Part shown: positions 1 to 9,554 of the stretch, piece by piece
Layout of the letters: the number at the start of each line of letters is the position of its first letter
How positions within the stretch are numbered: position 1 is the first letter of the stretch
IMG/VR virus record: IMGVR_UViG_3300009702_000500
Span: 28,333-92,332 of that record
Direction: 5' to 3' (one strand)
From: a virus
DNA: 64,000 nt
The notes under the pieces: model-generated
The model's input: the letters and a program-made list of their open reading frames with translations, nothing else
What the model was told of the DNA's origin: nothing
The model's database searches: none
Made by a program: the position numbers and the translations under genes

Positions 1-1
1 A

Positions 2-145
2 GATTCGCTTAGTTGGGGTAAGGTAGAATATGAATTCAAGGTACACGAAATGGTTCAGAAGCAGTACCCAGGGGCTGATATAGTTTCTATGTCAACAAAT
101 TGGCAAGTACGAGACATAATAAACAGTACAGCTACTCGGAGGTGA
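2..145 (+). CDS. 3' end of a hypothetical protein, truncated by the window start
   Basis: Frame 2 is open from base 2 (DSLSWGKVEYEFKVHEMVQ...TATRR) to TGA at 143-145, just before the GGAGG RBS of the next gene. Confidence 0.55.
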   Translation, partial: DSLSWGKVEYEFKVHEMVQKQYPGADIVSMSTNWQVRDIINSTATRR

Positions 146-161
146 TAGTAGGAGGAAAATT

Positions 162-560
162 ATGATACACGATTTAAAATGTGACCAATGTGAAACAGGT
201 ATTCTATATTTAGATGTACCAGAATCTATAGATGTTTTATCATCAGATGAATTAGTAGAGTATAAGCATATTAAAAGGTATGTGTCATCAGAAATTAATC
301 GTTTTTATGTGTATAAATGTGATGAATGTGGTGCCATTTTTAGATATAATATTAAAAATATTTTACGTCAACAATTTGATAACCTTATAGAAATGGTATT
401 AGAAAAAGCGGTGGTTAATAGAATGTTAAATGATAGACAAAATAAAGAATATAAAAGAATTTTAGTATATTGTGGTAAATGTAGTGGTCAGGATGGTCGT
501 GGTAGCTGTATGATAGGAGTATTTAATGCCTGCGATCTGAAGGAGTTTCCAATTGGATAA
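162..560 (+). CDS. Cys-rich, putative zinc-binding hypothetical protein
   Basis: GGAGG RBS; CDQC, CDEC and CGKC pairs plus further Cys. Confidence 0.7.
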   Translation: MIHDLKCDQCETGILYLDVPESIDVLSSDELVEYKHIKRYVSSEINRFYVYKCDECGAIFRYNIKNILRQQFDNLIEMVLEKAVVNRMLNDRQNKEYKRILVYCGKCSGQDGRGSCMIGVFNACDLKEFPIG

Positions 561-669
561 TTCCTATTCAAGAGATGATGTTATAATACGTGTCTCCCCG
601 CTATGTCATTACGATACCAATTTAGCCTATTCAGCTGATTTTGGACGTAATGGTGATGTGGATGGTTGG
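553..669 (+). other. Probable true N-terminus of the giant virion protein, separated from it by a -1 frame break
   Basis: AGGAG RBS at 541-545 and TTG at 553. The frame reads ...DFGRNGDVDGW and would continue EYYDGIHTYG if one G were added at TGG|GAA (667-671). Confidence 0.55.
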
Positions 670-3600
670 AATATTATGATGGTATTCATACATATGGTTG
701 TTGGAATAATTTTTTATTTGGTACTTTATATAGCGATTTCTCCGTTATAGGTAGAATAAATCCATTCTTTCCATTTCCTGCGGAGGATTATTATATAATC
801 ACATTGTCTATGAAATTGAATATTCAGCCGCGGCTTGAAGGTCAAAAAATACCTAAAAAGGGAATGTTTGAGTGGCGCACTTTGGCAGATCCTGCTTGGG
901 ATTCAAAAAAAACTATTTTATTTGACATTGCTTCTGATAATAAGTGGCATACTTATAATGTAACTCTGGCTGACGCACAATATTGGCAAGGAGATGTTTA
1001 TGATCTCAGGGTACATCCAATTTATAGTGATGGAAGAGATGGTGATGAGTTCTTTATAAGAGCTATTCAAGTTAGATCCATTAGTAAATTTTCATGTGAT
1101 AAAAAGGACTGTGAATATTATCAAGCTGGTAAATACACACATCCATGTGCTGGTATAGGTGTGGCTGGGTATTGTTTGTCCAGCAACAACCATACCACCA
1201 AATTTACTATTGAAAATGTTAATGATAGTGAGTTGCTAGTAGATATTGATTTCTATGGTACAGAGAGAATAATATTAGGTGCGTTTAATGGGCACAGTGG
1301 TTCAAAAATAGCACGATTGATAGAAAGACAACTATCATTAATTTCTATTGGTGGTTATGAGTCTGCACAAGTAGAATTTACTGAGGATAATAGATTTAAA
1401 ATACACTCTGGTTCGTTTGGAACCGATAGTAACGTAACAGTGGCTTATTCTAAGGCAGCAGTTACATTGGGGTTTTATGATGAAGACGGTAACAAAACAT
1501 TTACATCATCTATTGGTAAACCTCCTGCAAATTATTCTAAACCAGCTGCGTCTTATACACTAAGTACCTACAATATTCAAGCGTTGTTCGATAATAATAA
1601 CGCCACATCTATTAATTTTAATCCTTTTTCATATAACGTAGAGGCTGGTAGACGAGATTGGTTGTCGGCCGGCCCGGGTAAATCCAATGAACAATTACGT
1701 TTTACTATGGATGATGATTTCCGTAAGCACACTTATCCAGAATATAATTATGTAGTCGGATTTGATCAAACACTAATAGACTACTGTCATCCATTTAATG
1801 CTAATGGGCGTATACATGAGGTACACGCTTTAGGTACTTTAGATATTCGATACGAGAAGGTACCTGATCCACGTTTTGGTGGTTGGTTATGTACTGAAGA
1901 AGATGATATAGGCCGTGTGACTGCTATAGGTAGTAAATTTTTAATTTTTCGGCCAAAAGCGGACGGTACTTTAATTTGTGTAAATGAAGTTCCGATACGG
2001 GATAAGGATAAACCAAATGAGCATTTATATGATAGATACCAAATGGTTATAGAAGAGGATTGTAATTTATTTGTTAAAAAAGGTGATCTACTTGGTATTT
2101 ATAATGTAAAGTTGTATAAAGGTCCTTTATCTGATCCCCATCATGTTAATGCTTTATATTATGTATTTCCAGATAAAGTAGATGTAGGAGATGTTATATA
2201 TCCCGGTTCTCTTCATGGTGATGGCACCGATGGTTTGATGATGTATGCGAGGAGTAACCAAAAACAAAGTAGATTATTATTGGATGTAGATCTTGGGAAT
2301 AGATTGAATGTCGAAAATATATCTATAGTTGGCGAGCCAGAAAGCCCTAATTTGGAATATAATTTAGCCAGGTGTTTAGATATTAATTGGACATGTGATG
2401 TATTTGGGGGATGGCATACTGTTGGGTTTTTTAATAACTTTACTGGTTTCTGGGAATGGTATACAGTAGATAATTTGTATTACGGTGTTGATAAATTATA
2501 CGATGGTATAACAACGGTTCCAAAGAATGGAACAGCTGCTGATGGTTGGTCTTCTTATTCTAATACCGGTGTTATTCCCGTTAATCCTCAATATTTTTGG
2601 GTTAATGGTGACCATGAGTGGTTGGGCAGGCATTATTTTGAGTATCCGTGGTATACGAAGGAAACTGTTAAGGAATTTGAACAAGACCCGATTGCTTTTA
2701 CTATAAAGTTTCCATTAAATAGAAATAAAAAAATATTTAAATCAAAAATATATTTTAAAGAAGAAAATAATTTTAAAAATTTTGCTCTTTCTTATTATGT
2801 AGATGATTTTTATTTGTCGGGGGATGCTGACAATCCACACTTTAATCTTATTCCAGACTATACCGCTGTTACTCTGGATAAAATTAGGTATGTAAAACAC
2901 GATCGTAACTATAGTCAAGTAGACGTCTACTTATTCAGTAATCCTTCAATTGGTCATATGAATTTAGAATATGTAAATGGTCCAGGATTGTATTATCCAG
3001 GGGATGCTACTCTTCCTGGACATGCTTCTTATTTTGCTAATTTTAAAATTACTAATAGCACTTCCACACATCAAGCTGCTAATTTAGAATGGAAAACAAT
3101 TACACATGAATGGGAACCTTTGGATGCTAAAGGGTTTAGAGTATATACAAATTACCATAGATCTACAAAAATTTTAGAAATGGAGATATATGGATTTGCT
3201 CCTGATACAGGGTCTAGTTTAGTTGGTGGTATGTTTATAAATTATTCTTTATATGGTACGTATTGGATTAATTCTGATTTGTATCAAGAAGGAGAAACTC
3301 GTGTGGTAGCTCCTGTGGGGGACACACCAAGATATTTTACCATAGATATAAATCCTATTTTACCTACTAGATTTAGTGACATAATACTCAATGTTAGCAT
3401 GGATGATGTATTTGTAGAAGATAATAGTTGTGAGAATATAGTTTTGTTGGAAAATAACGGTCTTGATGCTACCGGTGAAACTAAAGAAATCGTGTTAAAA
3501 AACTATTACGGTGTGCCTTATGATTTATATGTAGATATATTACGAACCACTTCAGATAATTTAAGTACGGTGTTTTATAATAAATTTAATGGTTACGACT

Positions 3601-6600
3601 CATTAAAGAGATCGGATAGAGGTCCTAGAGTAAACTTGAGTAAGAGTTATGACTATCCAATAAAAAATGATAATTACAATGTATCTATAAATTGTGATTG
3701 TTATGCTTTGAAAGATTCCATCATTGGAAAATTGGCATATTATACTTATGATGATGGTAACATATGGAAAGAATTTAATAATGGTGAGAGACTGACAGAC
3801 AATCTTATACAGTTTCAAAACATTACTAAAGGTGTCTATAGTGTTATTCATATTCCAGTATTAAGTAGAAATAGATATTGGAGGATAGCTCTTTTATGTA
3901 AAGATAATAATTGGAAGATAAGAGAAATTAGAGCTTATTATGAAGGTGTAGAATTGGACGCTCTTTATTATCATGATAAAGACATAGACCTTATATATGG
4001 CGCAGCTGTTGATACAGCACCACATTTGAATAATAAATCCGTATCTGGAAGTTATTATGAAATAAAAGATAGACAATATATAACTTTGGATTTAGGTTCT
4101 CCAAAATCTATAGATAAACTTGTTATATATCATGATTATAAGAGAGATTCTGTAGACTATGTAAGCAATAGTACAACGGAATTAAATACTTATTGTGGTG
4201 TTGACAGATATACAACATGTTATCTACTTGAAGATAAATTTAATGATACCATTTTTGATTATAGTTATTATGAAAATGATGTCATTAAACATGGCAATAT
4301 AGAGATAGATTCTTCTATAACCACAGTTTCAGGTAGTTATAAAGCAGATTTTTCTTCACCGGTTTCCGTTGCGGAATGGGAGGCAGTGGAGTGGTGGAAT
4401 GGTAATACTCGTTATTACGTTCTTCAACATTTAACATATTTTGATTGGGTACCACCAAGCGGTACAGTAGTTAGTGGTACATATGAATATCCTGGATATC
4501 TTGATTTTTCCATAGAAGGCTATAATACTACCGGCTTTTATTCAAGTATTAGACGTTCAGTAGACGAGGAAAAAGAATTTTATTGGGGTGTCCGTGTGAT
4601 AAATAGTCAAAATGCCCCGCAAATAGAGCTTAAGTTTGTTTTAGAAGTGAATGATTTTCAAAGTGGTTCAGTAAATGTGGGGTTTTTAGATGGTTCTAAG
4701 TTGGGTCACTCTTATGCTGAATATTTATGGGGTTGTCATGTAGAAATAAGATTTGACGGTACGTACATATATGTTGTTACAGATTCAGTATTTCAAGGTA
4801 AATATAATAGTCCTAACTTTGGTACTTGTCAGCTGGACACTAAATATTATTTTAAAATGACTTATGACGGTATTTCTCTTTATACACTCAGTGTTTGGGA
4901 AGATGATTTTGATGGTGATGTTCTTGCTTTTACTGGTAATTGGACTGATACCCATATATGGTCGTCAGAGTATATTGGAATAGCTAGTGCACGTAACCAT
5001 ACATATCCTGATAATTATGTTAAGGGCAAATTATACCATTTTGAAATTAACACCAATTTATCTTCAGATGGAATAGTGATGCCTGGTAGCACTGGTAGTA
5101 TTAAATTTGATGGTGATTCTTATATAACAGTTCCTAAAATTGAAGCGTTTAGAATTGAACAACGATGGGCGTCAATTGATTTTTGGCTAAAACCAACAGA
5201 ATTACCAAGAGCACTTAGAGACGTTTCATCAAAAGATCATCAAATTGAGTATAAAGGACTGGAGTTGTTTAAACCTAGTGAGGGATATGTTGGTTGGGCA
5301 TATCAGCTAAAAGATCCTGACAGTTTTATAATAGTTAGGGATAAAAGTTATTTTGATTTTAGGTATGATGATTTTACGATAGATTTGTATTGTAAGTTTA
5401 TGCTTTTTGGTTCAGCTAAGATGACGCTTTTCTATAGAAAAGACACCCTCCATCTCTATTATGATGGTGTCGAGAGTAAGTTGGTTTTTGAAAGTGGGGA
5501 CGTGTTGCTTACTAGTTCACACTGGTATGATCCAGTTCGCGATGGATATGTACATATAGCTGTTAGTAGGGCTGGTAATGATATTTATTTATTTTTAAAT
5601 GGTAATATAGAGGATAGTACTGTTATATCAGGAACTTTAGGGTATTATGAGGACACTGATACATGCTGGGCAAAATGGTCAAGTGGCTTTAACAAAAATG
5701 ATATGTATATAGGTATGGCTAGTGTTGATGACAGTGTTACTGACCCATTTTTGGGTATAATAGAAGAGGCACGTATTACTAAAGGGTTTGCTAGGTGGTC
5801 TTCGCCCTTTACTCCCCCCACAAGTAAATTTGTGCCAGATGAATATACTATTTTATTAGTAAGAGGCCAACGTAATTATTCAGTTGTTCTACAACAGCGT
5901 AAAACGGATTTGGAAGACCATTTATCAGATCCTGATAATCAATTTGCATTAGTATTAAGCAAATCTACTAGTTACTCTAATAAATATACACTAGAAATAT
6001 TATATAATGATAATGCTGCTATCAATAAAGCATTACATTTATCAATTTTTAGACCCAATCGATGGACACATGTTACATTTGTTATTAGAGGACGTTATAG
6101 TAAGACTAGAATAGCAGTAGATGGTCTGTATGCTTCACTAGACTATGGGGGTACTCCTAATATAACTGGATTAAGTGATTTAGAAATAGGTAAATACTTT
6201 AAAGGTAATATAACTAATTTAAGAATTTCTCGCGGCGATAGGAATAATCCCAGAGGTAAGTCCAGATATTATGATAAAGATTATAATTATCGATACATAC
6301 CTATACCTACTAAAATGTTATTTGGTAGATTATATACAATGTCTTTCTATGTTAGTGATACTAATGAAATTTATGGTAAATATTGTGATGTGGATATGCG
6401 ATATGAGAGCCAATACAGTTACTATTTTCCAGGGTCCTTATTTAGCTATAAATATTTTTCAATGTTTGCCGTTGATTTAGAAAAAAGATATAGTCTTGAA
6501 TTTTTGAGAAACTACGCTAGTCCTAATGCTACAGATTTATCACTGTATAATAATGCACTCTATTCAAATGCTGATACATCCAATGTCAACGAGGCATTTA

Positions 6601-9554
6601 AACACATTTCTTCGGAAGAATTGGATACTTCTTTTGTTGCACAAGATTACTCCATTCCTAAATTGTGGAATAGAGAAGAAACTAGTGTAAGCCATGTTTA
6701 TATTTTTGACAATAAGATGTATATGAAAGTAAATGGTGCATCATCTTACGAGGATACAGCTAAATCTCTTTTCAAATATGGATTTATGTTAGATTTTGAT
6801 ATACAATTTGATTATATTTTAAGTGACAGACAAGACAACACTTCTTGGTCACTCGTTCTTGTTCTACAAGACCCATTAAACTCACGTATTACTGTTACAT
6901 TTGAAATTGGGTTTATATCAGGTCGCATTATTTTTAGAATAGCTATTAGTGACGATGAGGATAATATATCAGAAAGATATTTTACTCCTATTACTGTTTT
7001 TGTTCCTATCAAAGGGAGTATGAAGGTTAAACGCGTTGGTTCCGTTGTAACTTTTTATACAAAAGACATTGATAAAAGTGTGTGGAGTTTAATATATGAA
7101 TATAGATTCATATATAATGAATGGACCAGGACTTCATTAAGCTTCATACTTAAAAGCGTGGCCCCAGGATACCCACTTGCATCAGTATATATTGATAATT
7201 TCATAATTAATGTTGGGAAAATGTATTATAATGATCCGAAAGATGCTCGCTGGGTTATGGTTACTTTGCTTAACGGTGATGGTACTAATAGACTATTAGA
7301 ACGATTTAATATTTTTACTGAAGTTAGTACACAACTTGCTCCAGGAGGGGGTTATAATAATGATTGGGAACCTTTAGGTTCTTCTATAACCGCTTATGCT
7401 TCTGGTAATAAGAATGTGGCCTTTGGCGCAATGGTTAGTGGTACAAAGACATTTGGTGTTATGGACAGTCAGTATTTAGTTGATGGTGAAGCATTATATG
7501 ACATGTCTAAGTGTTGGGGTGTGTCCGGAGATATACCAGAACCATATTTTGTATTAGATCTTGGAAAAGTATATGATGTTTATAGATTTGTTTTAAAACA
7601 TGGAGCACAAGAGTATAATGATCAAGGTGCTAGGGATGATCATATGATCTATGACTACACTATAGCAGTTGCTGAAGAACAAGATAATTTTACTACAGTG
7701 TTTAATATAACTGATAATGATAGTTATGAACGTACTCATGATTTAATGTCATCTGTTAAAGCAAGATGGGTCAAAGTACAAGTATTCGATTTTGCAAAAA
7801 GCCAAACACAAATGCCTATAGGTGATGGTACTTATGGTTTTTTCGATGGCCCAGCTCTTAGAGAAATAGAAGTTTATGAGAACTATGGTTTTTCTATTAT
7901 AAATAGTGATGACACACCTATAATAGCACTTAATTTAAAGTACCAATTTTATATATCTAATACACCCAATGGCGTGGGGCCATGGGCAGAAGATGATACA
8001 AAAGATTGGACACACGACCCCACTAATTATACATATTCAGATTCTGTTGTTGATGAGCCGGAGAAAGTATTATTTGGTAAGTGGGGTGACACCCCTAATT
8101 ATGAAAGGTGGGTGGTAAGCAAAGATTTAAATGCTACTAATCATAATGCTGGTAAAAAGTATTTAAAATATTTAAAGGTGTTTGGTAACGAGAAGCCTAA
8201 TATCATTGAATACCCAGAGTGGTGGGGCTCTAATAAAAGTATACTTAGTAGCTCTTATGCACACACTTATTACACATGTACAAGGGCTTTAAGAATAGAA
8301 TATCCAAAGTCTAGCGTAAATGAAAGAATCTACTTTAGAGAGGGAGATGATTTTGGTATAGATGAAAAGTGTAGTTGGAGAGATGCGATGGCGTTTAGAT
8401 GGTATATAGAAGATTATGATGCCATAGATTGGACATACGGTGAATTTTATTTTGGTGGTCTTGATGGAACTTCACGAAAGCAGCCGGTTATATATCATTG
8501 GGATTTTACTTCTTTATCCGGTTCAGTACAGAGTGGTTGGAATAATATGTTTTTAAGATTTAAAAGTGCGGATCATTTGGACTATAATGCTTCGGAAGGT
8601 GTTATAGACACTGACCCAAGGACGCCAAATGAGATATTATTTGGTACTTTTGGTTTCTTTTTTAGAGGTAATGACACAAAAAATGTTATATTTGAAATAG
8701 ATGGGTTATTGATATCTAGAAATATATTTGAAGATAAAGTTAATGATGTTCCTGGTTTGTATTTGTCTGAAAACGATAGTGTTACAATGCCGTTCTCTAA
8801 TATTAATTTATCTGCTGGTGCTGTAAGTATGTGGATTAGACCGGATACTACTATTAGAGGCATAGATTCTTATGGTAAAACAGCCTCTCGTAGTATTTTT
8901 AATCTAACTAGTACAGCTAATGATTCGTTTGGTTGTATCATAACTTCTGTAGGATTTCTTATATACTATGGAAATACTTTGACTGGTACTTTTAATAGGT
9001 TGTTCTTGAATGCAATTAACGATTCTGTTATAAGAATAGATGAGCCATGGCATTTTGGAATTGCTTTTTCTAATAACGGTAAGGGCATTGATTCATCTGG
9101 GGCTACAATAAAATTGTTTATTAATGGGGTTTTGTCCTTTACATATAGGGAGACTTGGACATATGAAGATGATAAGTTTTATACCTTTATTTTTGGCGGT
9201 ACGGGTTCGGCCAATGCAACGTTTGATCTTCCAGGGGAAGCTAAATCCATTTCGGCAGTAATTTCTGAAGTTAAAATTTATAACTACGCTAAAACAGATT
9301 TTTATAAAGATATGTTTGTTTATGATAAGACGGATTATGACTATGAGGTAGCATCATCATCAGATTTAATAGAAATATCAAAGGATAATGTAACCTTTTA
9401 TAAGATAGATGACCCACATCTTCCTTTCTTTTATGAAAAAGTTCCTAATGGTGACTCTGTCACTGTTTATTCTAGGACTGTTTTACCAAACAAAATTAGC
9501 AATGCTGTATCTAGGACTGCGAGACTACTTGCTCAATGGGATATAGGAGTATAA
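666..9554 (+). CDS. Giant (~3000 aa) virion structural/appendage protein with LamG/ConA-like and F5/8 discoidin-like domains
   Basis: 2962-aa ORF rich in Y/W/D/N. LamG signatures (FTIDLY..HIAVSR..LFLNG..IIEEARIT; C-terminal GAVSMWIRP..WHFGIAF..LFING..EVKIYNY) and discoidin-like motifs (LDLGKVYDV, KARWVKV, LREIEVY). Confidence 0.75.
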   Translation: MEYYDGIHTYGCWNNFLFGTLYSDFSVIGRINPFFPFPAEDYYIITLSMKLNIQPRLEGQKIPKKGMFEWRTLADPAWDSKKTILFDIASDNKWHTYNVTLADAQYWQGDVYDLRVHPIYSDGRDGDEFFIRAIQVRSISKFSCDKKDCEYYQAGKYTHPCAGIGVAGYCLSSNNHTTKFTIENVNDSELLVDIDFYGTERIILGAFNGHSGSKIARLIERQLSLISIGGYESAQVEFTEDNRFKIHSGSFGTDSNVTVAYSKAAVTLGFYDEDGNKTFTSSIGKPPANYSKPAASYTLSTYNIQALFDNNNATSINFNPFSYNVEAGRRDWLSAGPGKSNEQLRFTMDDDFRKHTYPEYNYVVGFDQTLIDYCHPFNANGRIHEVHALGTLDIRYEKVPDPRFGGWLCTEEDDIGRVTAIGSKFLIFRPKADGTLICVNEVPIRDKDKPNEHLYDRYQMVIEEDCNLFVKKGDLLGIYNVKLYKGPLSDPHHVNALYYVFPDKVDVGDVIYPGSLHGDGTDGLMMYARSNQKQSRLLLDVDLGNRLNVENISIVGEPESPNLEYNLARCLDINWTCDVFGGWHTVGFFNNFTGFWEWYTVDNLYYGVDKLYDGITTVPKNGTAADGWSSYSNTGVIPVNPQYFWVNGDHEWLGRHYFEYPWYTKETVKEFEQDPIAFTIKFPLNRNKKIFKSKIYFKEENNFKNFALSYYVDDFYLSGDADNPHFNLIPDYTAVTLDKIRYVKHDRNYSQVDVYLFSNPSIGHMNLEYVNGPGLYYPGDATLPGHASYFANFKITNSTSTHQAANLEWKTITHEWEPLDAKGFRVYTNYHRSTKILEMEIYGFAPDTGSSLVGGMFINYSLYGTYWINSDLYQEGETRVVAPVGDTPRYFTIDINPILPTRFSDIILNVSMDDVFVEDNSCENIVLLENNGLDATGETKEIVLKNYYGVPYDLYVDILRTTSDNLSTVFYNKFNGYDSLKRSDRGPRVNLSKSYDYPIKNDNYNVSINCDCYALKDSIIGKLAYYTYDDGNIWKEFNNGERLTDNLIQFQNITKGVYSVIHIPVLSRNRYWRIALLCKDNNWKIREIRAYYEGVELDALYYHDKDIDLIYGAAVDTAPHLNNKSVSGSYYEIKDRQYITLDLGSPKSIDKLVIYHDYKRDSVDYVSNSTTELNTYCGVDRYTTCYLLEDKFNDTIFDYSYYENDVIKHGNIEIDSSITTVSGSYKADFSSPVSVAEWEAVEWWNGNTRYYVLQHLTYFDWVPPSGTVVSGTYEYPGYLDFSIEGYNTTGFYSSIRRSVDEEKEFYWGVRVINSQNAPQIELKFVLEVNDFQSGSVNVGFLDGSKLGHSYAEYLWGCHVEIRFDGTYIYVVTDSVFQGKYNSPNFGTCQLDTKYYFKMTYDGISLYTLSVWEDDFDGDVLAFTGNWTDTHIWSSEYIGIASARNHTYPDNYVKGKLYHFEINTNLSSDGIVMPGSTGSIKFDGDSYITVPKIEAFRIEQRWASIDFWLKPTELPRALRDVSSKDHQIEYKGLELFKPSEGYVGWAYQLKDPDSFIIVRDKSYFDFRYDDFTIDLYCKFMLFGSAKMTLFYRKDTLHLYYDGVESKLVFESGDVLLTSSHWYDPVRDGYVHIAVSRAGNDIYLFLNGNIEDSTVISGTLGYYEDTDTCWAKWSSGFNKNDMYIGMASVDDSVTDPFLGIIEEARITKGFARWSSPFTPPTSKFVPDEYTILLVRGQRNYSVVLQQRKTDLEDHLSDPDNQFALVLSKSTSYSNKYTLEILYNDNAAINKALHLSIFRPNRWTHVTFVIRGRYSKTRIAVDGLYASLDYGGTPNITGLSDLEIGKYFKGNITNLRISRGDRNNPRGKSRYYDKDYNYRYIPIPTKMLFGRLYTMSFYVSDTNEIYGKYCDVDMRYESQYSYYFPGSLFSYKYFSMFAVDLEKRYSLEFLRNYASPNATDLSLYNNALYSNADTSNVNEAFKHISSEELDTSFVAQDYSIPKLWNREETSVSHVYIFDNKMYMKVNGASSYEDTAKSLFKYGFMLDFDIQFDYILSDRQDNTSWSLVLVLQDPLNSRITVTFEIGFISGRIIFRIAISDDEDNISERYFTPITVFVPIKGSMKVKRVGSVVTFYTKDIDKSVWSLIYEYRFIYNEWTRTSLSFILKSVAPGYPLASVYIDNFIINVGKMYYNDPKDARWVMVTLLNGDGTNRLLERFNIFTEVSTQLAPGGGYNNDWEPLGSSITAYASGNKNVAFGAMVSGTKTFGVMDSQYLVDGEALYDMSKCWGVSGDIPEPYFVLDLGKVYDVYRFVLKHGAQEYNDQGARDDHMIYDYTIAVAEEQDNFTTVFNITDNDSYERTHDLMSSVKARWVKVQVFDFAKSQTQMPIGDGTYGFFDGPALREIEVYENYGFSIINSDDTPIIALNLKYQFYISNTPNGVGPWAEDDTKDWTHDPTNYTYSDSVVDEPEKVLFGKWGDTPNYERWVVSKDLNATNHNAGKKYLKYLKVFGNEKPNIIEYPEWWGSNKSILSSSYAHTYYTCTRALRIEYPKSSVNERIYFREGDDFGIDEKCSWRDAMAFRWYIEDYDAIDWTYGEFYFGGLDGTSRKQPVIYHWDFTSLSGSVQSGWNNMFLRFKSADHLDYNASEGVIDTDPRTPNEILFGTFGFFFRGNDTKNVIFEIDGLLISRNIFEDKVNDVPGLYLSENDSVTMPFSNINLSAGAVSMWIRPDTTIRGIDSYGKTASRSIFNLTSTANDSFGCIITSVGFLIYYGNTLTGTFNRLFLNAINDSVIRIDEPWHFGIAFSNNGKGIDSSGATIKLFINGVLSFTYRETWTYEDDKFYTFIFGGTGSANATFDLPGEAKSISAVISEVKIYNYAKTDFYKDMFVYDKTDYDYEVASSSDLIEISKDNVTFYKIDDPHLPFFYEKVPNGDSVTVYSRTVLPNKISNAVSRTARLLAQWDIGV

